The translations under genes were made by a program, and so were the position numbers. A stretch of DNA of 64,000 nt from Octopus sinensis. Its lineage: Eukaryota. Positions within the stretch are counted from its first letter, which is position 1; the number at the start of each line of letters is the position of its first letter. Shown one piece after another: positions 26,406-39,265 of the stretch. The stretch covers positions 24,924,001-24,988,000 of the forward strand of contig NC_043004.1 of assembly GCF_006345805.1 (NCBI RefSeq), read 5' to 3'. The notes under the pieces are model-generated. The model was not told the DNA's origin. It saw only the letters and a program-made list of their open reading frames with translations, and made no database searches.

Positions 26406-27440
26406 TTGGGTACATTTTCCCGGAAAGGCCGTGAATCTCCACTTTTCCCATCAAGTGCCGAACATGTGGTATGTAGCAATCCAGTGCAGCGTGGCGTTAT
26501 AACTAACTGGGATACGATGGAGTATGTCTGGCATCAGTGTTTTGAGCGACTGGGGGTTTCCTCAGATACCCAGCCAGTATTGCTTAGCGAGACTCCTTTC
26601 TTCGGACCTCAGAATCGTGAGAAATTAGCCGAGATTTTATTTGAAACATTTGATGTTCCAGCCTTATATTTACTATTACAGCCAGTGCTAGCTCTTTACG
26701 GATCTGGACATTGGTCAGGTATCGTTTTAGATGCTGGCGAGGGAACGACCCACATAGTCCCCGTCTTTGATGGTTATCCATGCAATGAAGCTATAGTCAG
26801 ATTTCCTATGGCTGGCTGCGATCTCACTGAACAACTGGGGCGTGCTTTACAAGGAGAAGCCATTCCAGCACTACGTCAATCTCCAGAGAATTACAGAACA
26901 ACTGTGCGGCACATAAAAGAAAAATATTGTTCAATAATGAAATATGAAGAGGCACGTAAAAATAGTATGCCACCGTCAGAAGACAAGGAATACACACTTC
27001 CATGTACAGATACAAGCATTGTGATTGGCCCCGAAAGACTTAAAGTTCCAGAATATCTTTTCCAACCAGAGCGCTGTGGTTTTACTTGTCCGAGTTTACA
27101 ACAGAGTATCGCAAAATCAATTTTACGGTGTCATACTTCATTACAGGATAGTATGGCATCCAATATAGTTTTAGCAGGGGGAACAACTCTACTACCGGGC
27201 ATGTGTGATCGCCTACATAAAGAGTTATCTGCCTTGTCAATAACAAACATCAACATTACAGCTCCACCAGTTCGCAAATATTCAGCCTGGATGGGAGGTT
27301 CCATTGTTGCCTCTTTAGACACATTTCGGTCCATGTGGCTTAGAAAAGACGAATATTATGAATTTGGGCCTTCATCTGCTCTCCGAAAGTGTTCTTGGCA
27401 CAAAGCATCAACTCCTACAAACTTGTCTTTAATTCTTTGA
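26406..27440 (+). CDS. Actin-like (ARP-T/ACTL7-type) gene, large terminal exon, 344 aa
   Basis: Acceptor ttttgtattttcaag|TTG in phase 0. Intact ORF with actin motifs ITNWDTME, PVLLSE, FETFDVPA, VLDAGEGTTHIVP, PEYLFQP, NIVLAGGTTLLPG, YSAWMGGSIVASL, EYYEFGPS..RKC; stop TGA at 27438-27440. Confidence 0.95.
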   Translation: MGTFSRKGRESPLFPSSAEHVVCSNPVQRGVITNWDTMEYVWHQCFERLGVSSDTQPVLLSETPFFGPQNREKLAEILFETFDVPALYLLLQPVLALYGSGHWSGIVLDAGEGTTHIVPVFDGYPCNEAIVRFPMAGCDLTEQLGRALQGEAIPALRQSPENYRTTVRHIKEKYCSIMKYEEARKNSMPPSEDKEYTLPCTDTSIVIGPERLKVPEYLFQPERCGFTCPSLQQSIAKSILRCHTSLQDSMASNIVLAGGTTLLPGMCDRLHKELSALSITNINITAPPVRKYSAWMGGSIVASLDTFRSMWLRKDEYYEFGPSSALRKCSWHKASTPTNLSLIL

Positions 27441-27946
27441 CAACTACTAATTAATATAGCAAATACGTTTTTATTTTTCTCTCTTCTCCACTCGCTTCTC
27501 TTTCCCTCAAGCACACGCACGCACGCACACACACAAACACAAACACACACACACACACGTTGTTTAAATTACCCAGTAAACCATGAAATTCAAAATAATA
27601 ATATGATCGAAAGAACAAACAGTATTTGGCCCAGTAGCTTAAGTGTAAAGCATTCGGCCGGAATTTGAAGAGTGGGCGTTCGATTTTCACCAGTCTTGTA
27701 TGGCTTGTTCGCTAATTTTTTTCCCTCTTCTCATTGTGCCTGTATATTTACGTATCCATGTATGCCTTGATTTCACATACACACGTGTTGCAAAAATCCA
27801 AGTTGGTAATTAAGTAGTGCATATGTGAATATAAATTTATTACTGCACACACGTCACGCACACATTAACATACTTTACACTCATATATATATTTATATAC
27901 ATACATACACACATGTACATATATAACTACACATGTACATATATAG

Positions 27947-27978
<32 letters not shown>

Positions 27979-28411
27979 AGTTATAGGAAATTTATATATA
28001 TGTATATATAATTAAATATACACATCTATAGGCATAGCATGTGGTTTATGAGTGTCTTCTACTATAGCCCTGAATTAACCATTGCCTTGTGAGTGAATTT
28101 GGGAGACAGAGACCTGTTGTAGCCTGTTGTGTGTGTGTGGTGTGTGTATATATATATATATATATGCATATCTGAGTGTCTCTACCTCAACCACTTGACA
28201 ACTGGTGTTGGTTTATTTATATCCCTGTAACTTAGCAGTTTGGAAAAACAAACTGATAGCATAAGAAACAGCCTTAAAAAAAAAATCATAGTACTAAGAG
28301 TTCTTCCATTCGGTTAAAACAAAAACCCTTCAAGATGGGGCCTGAGCACCATAGCCGCATTCCATTGACTGAAAACTGTAAAAGAATAAGGTATATATAT
28401 ATATATATACA

Positions 28412-28980
28412 CATGTGGGTGAGTAAAAGAAGTAATGCCATTTTGTTTAGGACAGGTATAATTACCAACACAGGAACATGTATCATACATCAAAATGAAG
28501 CTGGTCCTCTGTAGATCACATCCCTACTTCTCAGCATAGACACCGTTTTTCTCAATAGCAATGCTCCATCTTTGAATGAGAGCATGTATCTCTGCCCCAT
28601 AAAATTCTGTTGACTGCTCTTTGAGCCACTTCTTCACTACAGTTTTCACTTCCTCGTCACTAGAATAATATTTGCCTATCAAACCCTCTTTCATGGGGCC
28701 AAAGAGATGATAGCCCATGGACGATGATAGTCCAGTGACAAGGAAGTGAAACTGTAGTGAAGAAGTGGCTCAAAGAACAGTCAGCAGAATTTTACAGAGC
28801 AGGAATACATGCTCTCATTCGAAGGTGGAACATACGATTGAGAGAAATGGTGACTATGTTGACTAGTAAGGATGTGATTTACAGAGGACCAGCTTCATTT
28901 TGATGTATGATACATGTTCCTGTGTTGGTAATTATACCTGACCTAAACAAAATGTCATTACTTTTTGACTCACCCTCATG
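28412..28980. mobile_element. Mariner-derived foldback MITE built from two inverted 3' ends
   Basis: ~250-bp inverted arms; TIR-like catg(t/a)gggtgagt..aaaagtaatg. The arms encode YHLFGPMKEGL..Y.SDEEVK..VKKWLKEQS.EFY..IHALI.RW..AIE.NG.Y.EK. Confidence 0.85.
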
Positions 28981-28987
28981 TGTGTAA

Positions 28988-29019
<32 letters not shown>

Positions 29020-29269
29020 TTTTATTTTTTTTAAAGTGTTTGATTTGGCCCCAGTTTTGTAGGCTTTTTAGAAGAATTTAAATTGTTGGACCTAGTTATC
29101 TGGATTCAGCCCCATGAATAGGGTTTCTGCATGAAGCATACAAAACGGTTAAGTTGCACGGAGCTGAATCAAACTGTTTTAGATAATAACAAATGTAACT
29201 CCTACTACATGTGTTGAGTACCACTTTCCTTAGTTTGTTCAGTCACCTGTATATAAATAAATATATATA

Positions 29270-29324
29270 CATACACTTTGTATGTATGTATGTATGTATG
29301 TAATATTAAATATATGCATGTATG

Positions 29325-29359
<35 letters not shown>

Positions 29360-29425
29360 ATATGTGTAAATATGTATATGTATATATATATGAATATGTA
29401 TGTATATGTATGTATATATATATGT

Positions 29426-29456
<31 letters not shown>

Positions 29457-30333
29457 TGTATATATGTATATGTATATATATATGTATGTATGTGTATGTA
29501 TATATGTATGTATATATATATGTATATATATGTATGTATATATATATATATGTATATATGTATGTGTATGTATATATATATGTATGTATGTGTATGTATA
29601 TATATATTATGTATGTATGTGTATGTATATGTGTATGTATATATGTATGTATATATATATATGTATATATATATGTATATATATATATATGTATGTATAT
29701 ATATATTGTATATGTATGTATATATATTATATGTATATATAATATTGTATATATATATGTATATATATATTGTATATATATATATGTATGTATATAATAT
29801 ATATGTTATAATATATGTATATATATATGTATATATATTATGTATGTATATATTATATGTATATATATATGTATATATATATAGGTATATATATGTATGT
29901 ATATATATATATATATGTAGTATATATATATATGTATATATATATAATGTATAATATATGTATGTATATGTATGTATATGTATGTATATGTATGTATATA
30001 TGTATGTATATATGTATGTATATGTATGTATATATGTATATTATATATATATATATGTATATACATGTATATATATGTATGTATATATGTATGTATATAT
30101 GTATATATATGTATATATGTATATGTATGTATGTATATATATATATGTATATTATATATGTATGTATATATATATATGTATATGTATATATTATGTATGT
30201 ATATATGTATATGTATGTATATATGTATATGTATGTATATATGTATATGTATATATGTATGTATATATATATTATGTATATGTATATATGTATATTATAT
30301 GTATATGTATGTATATATGTATATGTATATATG

Positions 30334-30402
<69 letters not shown>

Positions 30403-30454
30403 GTATATATGTGTATATATATATATATGTATATATATGTATATATTATATATA

Positions 30455-30487
<33 letters not shown>

Positions 30488-30610
30488 AATATATATATGT
30501 ATATGTATATATATATATGTAGTATATATATATGATATATATATATATATATATACATTACTTATTAAATATGTGCATGGATATGTGTGTGTGTGTATAT
30601 GTATATATAT
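29270..30610. repeat. 1.3-kb compound (TA/TG/TATG)n microsatellite
   Basis: Seen directly. Similar arrays at 35490-36210, 37080-37850 and 57940-58520. Confidence 0.97.
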
Positions 30611-31410
30611 ATCATAAAGATAAAGCTAAATATCGACATTTTGAATGCATTTAGTATGTGTTTTTACATGAAACCCTCACCAGTCAAAAATGTTTGAAGT
30701 ATAAATGTTAAAGCAAAACTTACCTACATACACACACACACACACGCAGGTGTGTGTGTGTGTGTGTGTGTATAGCAGTTGTCTGGATGGTCTTTGGAGA
30801 ACCACCTACAAGCAGAGAGGAAAAAGGAAGGTAGATTGACAAAATACTGAAGTTAGAGAGGGGAAAATGAGACAGATAGTGAGAGGGTTGGTATATAAGG
30901 AACTGAGAAAAGGCAGAGATAGATGAGTGGGATAGGAGGGATGATAATAAGTAAATAAGTAGATAAATAAATGAATAAATGCATAAATAAAGAGACAATA
31001 TATCTGAGTGGCAAAGGATGGATGTAAAGGAAGCTGGGTGATAAAGAGAAAAGACAAATAACTTTCTAGATTTGTTGTCCCTTTATTCATGCATTTGTCT
31101 GTTTATTTACTGGATGACCTACTGCCTACTCCTCTCTTATATCTTTGACTTGTCTCTGTTTACCTTCTCTCTCCTCTTTTCTGTGTTCCCTTTCTAACTC
31201 CACTATTTCTTTTCCATCTTTTCTCTCCCTCTCTCCCTCTGCTTGTAGGCAGGTTTCCAGAGACCATCCACACAAATACTATTTTGAAACCTAATCATTG
31301 TTCTGATATTTATATTTTGAAATGTTTTGACTGAGGAGGATAATTACTCAAAACACATGTATTAAATGCATTGCAAATATCAACATTTGGTTTTGTCTTT
31401 ATTACATATT
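30610..31410. repeat. Old ~800-bp foldback (imperfect inverted repeat)
   Basis: 30610-31000 aligns in inverted orientation with 31070-31410, e.g. ggatggtct.tggagaaccacctacaagcagag versus ctctgcttgtaggcaggtttccagagaccatcc. Confidence 0.7.
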
Positions 31411-32691
31411 ATATGACTCTTTTCCCTAACAATCTAGCTTGTTGTTGCTTTGGTAACACAGTTAATACAGCAATTTAGGTGTGGAATATTTCATCAGACC
31501 TTAATCAAAAAATTCTAATAAGGTGTATTGCTTCAAATCATACCCTTTAATATATATAATTAAATATATAAAATCAATTATGTGTGTGTGTATAGATACA
31601 TGTATACATATATATGCATGTATGAATGCACAGACACACACACACACATACGATTACTATGTGTGCAGGATATATCCCACAGGATGAACTGGGACTTTTG
31701 TCAGTGATGTAACCTGGAGTCATCAGATGTTTCATGTCTCAACATCAGACACCCTCACCCAGGTGGCTAAGCCAATGTTGATCAGTCCCTGACTTGTTCT
31801 AGCAGGTAAAATCTATGGATCATCCTCCTAATCCAGTGGCTTCCTCTGCAGGCTGAACAGTCCTCTTCTTTGTCAATCCTACCAAGTTAGTCAAGTCACT
31901 TTGCAGAGTATACATTTTGCAAAACTTCTATGGCCATTGAAAAATTTGTAATTAAATCTTTTTACAAAATTGTAATATAAAAGCTTCTAATTTCACCGAC
32001 AAAAGTCATCGAGCCTATTGTGTAGTGGTATCACAGTTGTCCAGTGTACAGCAAACATGTAGTTTAATTCCTGTTGGTGACCATGCTCACATTTTTTTTT
32101 TCCATTTAAAGGGTTTGTATTATAACCTATTATTTGTTCTTATCATTTGCTATATTTGCATTTATGCAACTTCGTATGAGGGTTCCTTTTCAAATTTCTC
32201 AATGCCTCAAAAAACATGATCCGAAGTAAACTTTGTTTGTTTATTTGTATGTATATATGCATGCATGTATGTATGTATAATGGGCACTCCATTGGAACGG
32301 TCTGCTTGTGAAATTAATGTGCAAGTGACTGAGCACTCCCAAGACATGTGTACCCTTAACGCAGTTCTCGGGGAGATTCTGTGTGACACAGAATGTAACA
32401 AGGCTGGCCCTTTGAATTCCGGTACTACTCATTTTTGCCTGCTGAGTGGACTGAAGCAACATGAAATAAAGGGCCTTGCTCAAGGACACAATGCGATACC
32501 AGGTATTGAACTCGTGTCCTTACGATCGAGAGCTGAATATTTTGACCACTAAGCCACATGCCTTCACAATGACAATTATAGTTTTCCTTTTTGGTGATAC
32601 ACTGTTAAACCGTTGCCCAATTCAATTATATATATTACATCATATGTAAACAAACACAAGTTTGTTTTTGAAGCACTGAAATGTATTGTGG

Positions 32692-32893
32692 CACAATTAG
32701 AGAGATATATTTTTCAGCACATAAATACTGATAGAACAGTGTAAATAGGATAAAATCCTTACAGAGCAGCAAAATCTGTCTGTAACCAGCCATGGCTGGT
32801 TGCTGACAGGTTTTTCTACTCTGTAAGGATTTTATCCTATATATGCTGCTCTATTAGTTTTTACACATTGAAAAATATATCTTTCTAATTGTG
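32692..32893. repeat. 202-bp hairpin/foldback element
   Basis: cacaattagagagatatat...accagcc|at|ggctggt...atatatctttctaattgtg. Confidence 0.85.
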
Positions 32894-32929
<36 letters not shown>

Positions 32930-33360
32930 CATACATACATGCATGCATGCATATATGTGTATATATATATTTATGTATAGATATATATCTGTATATGTAT
33001 TAGTACATGTGTGTGTGTGTTGCTTATATATACATGTATATGTATGTACATATGCATGTGAACACACACACACATATATATATATATGTATATAAATATA
33101 TGCATATATGTATGTGTGTGTGTATATATGTATAGATATATATCTGTATATGCATTAGTGCACGTGTGTGTGTATGTGTGTATATATATGTGTGTGTGAG
33201 TGTGTATATATATGTATAGATATATATCTATATATGTATTAGTGCATGTGTTTGTTGTGTATATATACATGTATATGTATGTACATATGCATGTGAATAT
33301 ACATACATAGGAAAAGAAGTTATTTTATTCCACATGGTTAGAAATATTGAAAAAAAAAAA

Positions 33361-33588
33361 ATAAAGAAGCTGAAAATTCACTGGCAGTCGTTTGGGTTTT
33401 TTCAAAGGCCTAACTGGTTTCACAGATGTTTCTGATTTTCAAAAGTTAAGTGAGAAAAAAGACTAAGGGCTATGCCCCACACCTTTCTATCTCTCTTAAC
33501 TGTTGGAAATCAGAAAAATCTGTAAAACTGGTTCAGCCTTTAAAAATAAACCATCTGAATGACTCCCAGTGCATTTTCAATTTCTTAT
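33361..33588. repeat. 228-bp hairpin/foldback element
   Basis: gaaaattcactgg...cagatgtttctgattttcaaaagttaag / cttaactgttggaaatcagaaaaatctg...ccagtgcattttc. Confidence 0.8.
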
Positions 33589-33632
33589 ATGTGTGTATAT
33601 ATATATACAATTAAAATCTAAATTTTGCTGAA

Positions 33633-33673
<41 letters not shown>

Positions 33674-34199
33674 TGAACTTTTATATATATATATATATAT
33701 ATATATACAATTAAAATCTAAATTTTGCTGAACTTTTATATATATATATATATATATACAGAGTGAGAGAGGGGGGAAAGTTGGCCATATCCATGACCTT
33801 CTACACACTTTTAGGACTGGTGGTAAGTTGCGAGGGAAGTAGATAGCTTCAAGCCAGAGACTTATCCTTACTGCTTGCCCCAGAATGGTAACCTTTGAAG
33901 GGCATCCACAGTGTTGAAGTAATGACTGTAGGCCATGGCAGAATTCAAACTTATAATGCCACATGTACTGCAATGTACCTAGTCTGATGGTCTTATACTT
34001 CCAGTAATCCACCCCACTAGATTCGTACTTTTATTTTTATTGCAAGTAAGAGGATGAATGACAAAGTTGACTTTGGTTAGACTTGAAATCAGAGTGCAGA
34101 GAATCAGAACAAATACCACAAGGTATTCTATCCAATGCCTCAATGACTGTTTAATTTATATACATACATACATGTATGTATGTATGTATGTATGTATGG

Positions 34200-34361
34200 G
34201 TGCAGGTGTAGCTGTGTGGTAAGAAGCTTGCTTCCCAACCACATGGTTCTGGGTTCAGTCCCACTATGTGGCACCTTGGGCAAGCGTCTTCTACTATAGC
34301 CTCTGGCCAACCAAGGCCTTGTGAGTGGATCTGGTAGATGGAAACCGAAAGAAGCCTGTCG

Positions 34362-34400
<39 letters not shown>

Positions 34401-34630
34401 GTATATATCTGTGTGTGTGTGTCTTTGTGTCTGTATTTGTTTTCCCCATCACTGCTTGACGACCAGTGTCGGTATGTTTACATCCCTGTAACTTAGTGGT
34501 GTGGCAAAAGAGACCAAGAGAATAAGTACCGGGCTTAAAAATGAAGTCTTGCAGGGGTCAATTTGTTCGACTAAAACCTTTCAAGGCAGTGCTCCAGCGT
34601 GGCCACAGTCATATGACAGAAACAAGTAAA
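34200..34630 (+). mobile_element. SINE A, full length
   Basis: Head ggtgcaggtgtagctgtgtggtaag through tail gaaacaagtaaa. Confidence 0.8.
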
Positions 34631-36021
34631 TTGTTAATTCACATTGTAGTTTTCAAATGATGTCTAGGTGGGCAAGTCAACATTCAAATTGAACAGAACA
34701 TCAATCCATCAGAGTGTTACCTTTTTATGGCTGAGTGGACTGGTGCAACATGCAATGAAGTTTTTTTGCCCAAGAACACAAAGTACTGCCTATCTGGGAA
34801 TTGAAACCATGATCTTGAGACCGTGAATGCAACACTGTAACCACTAGGCCATGCACCTTATATCATGTATATACATTTGTGTGTGTGTGTGTATATTTCA
34901 TATATTTGTATGTATGGTGCCCCCCACACACATATGCACACACATGTACACACACAGTTTAATTATCTAATAATTTTTGTTAGTCTTGTGGCCTCACTTA
35001 TTCTGCTCGGCTAATATTGTGAATCTCTTCAAAGTAACTTGACCAATCAAAATGTCTAGCTGCAGCTATACACCCACCTTTTGCACAATTATAACAAAAA
35101 ACTAAAAAAGTTCTAAAAAAAAAGAAGAAAAAACCCCAACAAAGATATGCCACCCCTTACACATTCTTCACAAAAGCTGCCAATACCTTTGAAAATATTC
35201 CTCTGTATCATCATCACTCTGTTTCCTTTGACTGAGCCACCCGGTTGATGAAATATATTTTATTCTGTATTTTTGTTCTATTCTTTCTTTGGTCCTTTTC
35301 TGAAATTTTTCTCTGATGAAAGAAGTCATAACAAGGAAGATAGCATCCTTTAATTGCTATTGAATGTCAGGAGTGAAAAATGAGAAAAATTTTTTTTAAG
35401 GTTACAGGATTTGCTTAATGAGAAATGCTAAATGAGAAGCTGTTATGTTATACTCACACACACACATATATGTGTGTATATACACACATACATATATATT
35501 TTATATATATATATATATATGTAATTATATGCAATTATATGTAATTATATATGTATATATATACATATATATATGTGTAATTATATATATATAAATATAT
35601 ATGTAATTATGTATGTATATTAATAAATATATGTATATGCAATTATACATGTATGTATATATAATTATATCTATATGTATATATAATTATATTTATATGT
35701 ATATGTAATTATATCTATATGTATATGTAATTATATCTATATGTATATGTAATTATATATATATATATACTTATATCTGTATGTTTAATTATATATATAT
35801 ATATATATATATGTAATTATATATGTATGTATATATTATATCTATATGTATATGTAATTATATATGTATGTATATATTATAATCTATATGTATATGTAAT
35901 TATATTTATATGTATATATAATTATATATCTGTATGTTTAATTATATATGTATGTGTGTGTGTATATATATATATATATATAAAATATGTATATGTAATT
36001 ATATATGTATATAAAATTATA

Positions 36022-36052
<31 letters not shown>

Positions 36053-36079
36053 GTATGCATATATGTCTATGTATATATG

Positions 36080-36114
<35 letters not shown>

Positions 36115-36162
36115 CCATGTATGTGTGTATTTACGTGTGTGTGTGTATATATATATATATAC

Positions 36163-36209
<47 letters not shown>

Positions 36210-36607
36210 TGTAGCACTGAGTTGCTAGACACTAAGAAATTGAAAAGTATGGAGAAGTTTTCAGCAGTTCTAATTCAATCACTGAGTGTAGTCTGGCTGT
36301 TCCAGAATTTTGTTTTGTTCCCTTATTACGTTTTCTTTTTTTTTATATTGCTTTGTATTCTTCTGTTTTCTTCACAGTGTTCATTTTATATATGTTACAC
36401 ATCAGGAAATTTATACTTTCAAAAGTTCAAAATATTTCCATTTTCGCATTGCTTTTGTATGTTTTGTTTTCTTTTTGCTTCTGCAGTTGTGAAGCTCTGA
36501 GTAATTGTGATAATGCAACAATAGGCAACTTTCATAGAGTGTCTGTGTGTGTATGTACACACACACACACATAGACGCACACATAGACGCACACATATAT
36601 ATATATG

Positions 36608-36639
<32 letters not shown>

Positions 36640-36659
36640 CATACATGCACACACACACA

Positions 36660-36694
<35 letters not shown>

Positions 36695-36897
36695 TACACA
36701 CATACATAGACATATACATATCTTAAAAATATATGTAAATCTCACCTAATGTGTTGCGTGTCACTTTCATTTGTCCACTTGTGTGTCTACACACACACAC
36801 ACACTCATATATAAATGCATATACACACATGTACATATATATGTAAATATATGTGATGTATACACACACATATATATATATATATATATGATGTATG

Positions 36898-36947
<50 letters not shown>

Positions 36948-38999
36948 ATATCGAGACATTAGTGAACATGTCTTAAGACATGTCTTAAGAAAAAAAAAGG
37001 AACAGATCCTGCTATGGGAGGCACCCCCCTACACACAAACACTATTTCTCTCTGTTACACATACATACATACTTGCACACATATGCACATATATATATAT
37101 ATAATATATATATATATATAATATATATATATATACACATTTACATTTACATGTGTAGTCTGATGCACATCTGTATTGAAATAGAATTTATCATTATTTC
37201 ATTTTTATTCTTTGTGACATTCAAACAAAGATTATCTCACCGTCTGTTAGTGTGTATGTGTATGTGCATACATATATGAATATATATGTGTATATTTGTG
37301 TATGTATGTGTGTGTGTGTATACACACTGACACACATGTGCATTCATACATGTGTTAATATGTGTGTGTGTGTGTGTATATATATACACATACAAATCTG
37401 TATGTATACATATGTATATGTGCATTTGTATATGTGTTTGCATGTGTGTGCGTGTGTATAATATATTTATAAATATATATATGTGCACATTTATGTGTTT
37501 GCATATGTGTGTGTGCATATAATTGTATATATATACACACACACATGTATATGAATGTGTGTACATGTGTGTATGTATATATACACACACATATATATAT
37601 ATATACATGCATATATATGTATATATATATGTGTGTGTATATATATATATACATGCATATATATGTATATATATATGTGTGTGTGTGTGTATATATGTGT
37701 GTGTATATATATATATGTGTGTGTATATATATATATATATGTGTGTGTGTGTATATATATATGTGTGTGTGTGTGTATATATATATGTGTGTATGTGTGT
37801 ATATATATATACATGTGTGTGTGTGTGTATGTATATATATATATATATATTTGTGCCTCTACACTTGTAAGCAAACATATATAAACATTCAGAAAATCAT
37901 ACATACACCAATACACATTTTCCGATTAATTTTGCTTCCAGGTATTTCAGAATATCTCACAAGATTTAAGAAAATTTCTCAGTATATCAATTTATTTTGT
38001 GTTGAATATTCTTTTTGGTATCCATACTCTTATTATGTCACATTGTCTCCAGATCTTGAAACACTGCTATTGTAAGAAGTACAATGAAAGAGACTGCTGT
38101 TCTATTCTAATTTGTATAATTTTTTCATTTCATTTTCATGCTTTTGTTTTCCTTCTCACTCAGTAGGAAAATATCAGAGTCAAATTTAAAAGCAGAAAAC
38201 TTCAGGAACGATTTGCCTATTACATGTCTAATTGCTGTTGTCAGAAACAGAATCTAAAGAAATTGGTTGATTTTATTTTTGTACAATTATCAGAGAATAT
38301 TTATTAATAATTTGAATGAAAGTCTTTCTTCTTTTTCAAATGTATTTATTGTCTTTCTTTACCTTCTCATTTAACCCTTTCTCCCTTTCTATTTTCCTTT
38401 CCTTTTTTAATTTCATTCTGTAAATAAATATTGAAATATTTAAGGTGCAGTTGCTAAATGGTTATAGTGATAGATTATTGATCTAAAACCATATATTCAA
38501 ACCAACTGCTTGTATCAAGTGTACTTTGCAATCAAGGTAAGGTTACTTGGCTTGTTTTGCAACAGGTACTAACCTACATATTTCGATGCTGTCTAATATT
38601 TAGATAAAAGATGTTTTCTGTAAAAATACAGAATAATTGCTGTAACAATTCAACTAATTAAGCAAGTTTCTCCATAGCATCCTGGCAAAAATTGTATGTA
38701 AGACATTGAAAAAGAAAAAAAAAAAAAAAACAATGTTTCAGGTAAGTTTGGGTCATCAGCAACTATGGTCTTATCAGGTGTATCTAGAATTCAAATATAT
38801 GTACATGGCCATGTGTGAAGTAGTTTAGGTTCAGTAGTATTGAATGTCTGAGGCAGATGTCTTCTTCTCCAGCCTTGGATCAGCCCATGTCTCAGATTGA
38901 TTGAAGTCTTGTAAGTGAAATTAGCTAATCAGAGATTGTGGAAGCTTGTCTGTAGACTCTACTTGTAATTCAAGAGATCAGTCATGTCACACATATGTC

Positions 39000-39265
39000 T
39001 TGGCATTGAGATGGTAATGAGACTGAGATTAAATTAAAGCTCAGAATTTATACAGTAATGATTCAGTTATCAAATTAGAGTGCAGCATTGTAAGTAATGA
39101 AACAGCCATTAAGTTAGAGCTCAGTAATGAGACAACCATTCAAATCTGAGCTCTGCATTGAGATTAATGAAACAACTATTAAGTTTGAGCTCAGCTTTGT
39201 AACTAATGAAACAGCCATTAAATTACATCTCTGCTTTGAGACTAATGAGACAGCCATTAAATTCC
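39000..39265. repeat. Degenerate ~40-bp minisatellite
   Basis: taatga(a/g)acagccattaa recurs at 39015, 39056, 39095, 39125, 39165, 39204 and 39243. Confidence 0.75.

Noticed and set aside
29278-30617. Long ORFs rich in Y/I/V/C/M (also at 35.8-37.9, 52.5-53.0 and 57.7-58.6 kb)
   Set aside because: They are translations of TA/TG microsatellites, which lack stop codons.
31325-31356. CUGAGGA followed by g...c-aaaac (hammerhead-like)
   Set aside because: Stem II does not pair and GAAA is absent.
35305-35345. CUGAUGA motif after a pyrimidine tract
   Set aside because: No stem II or GAAA follows.
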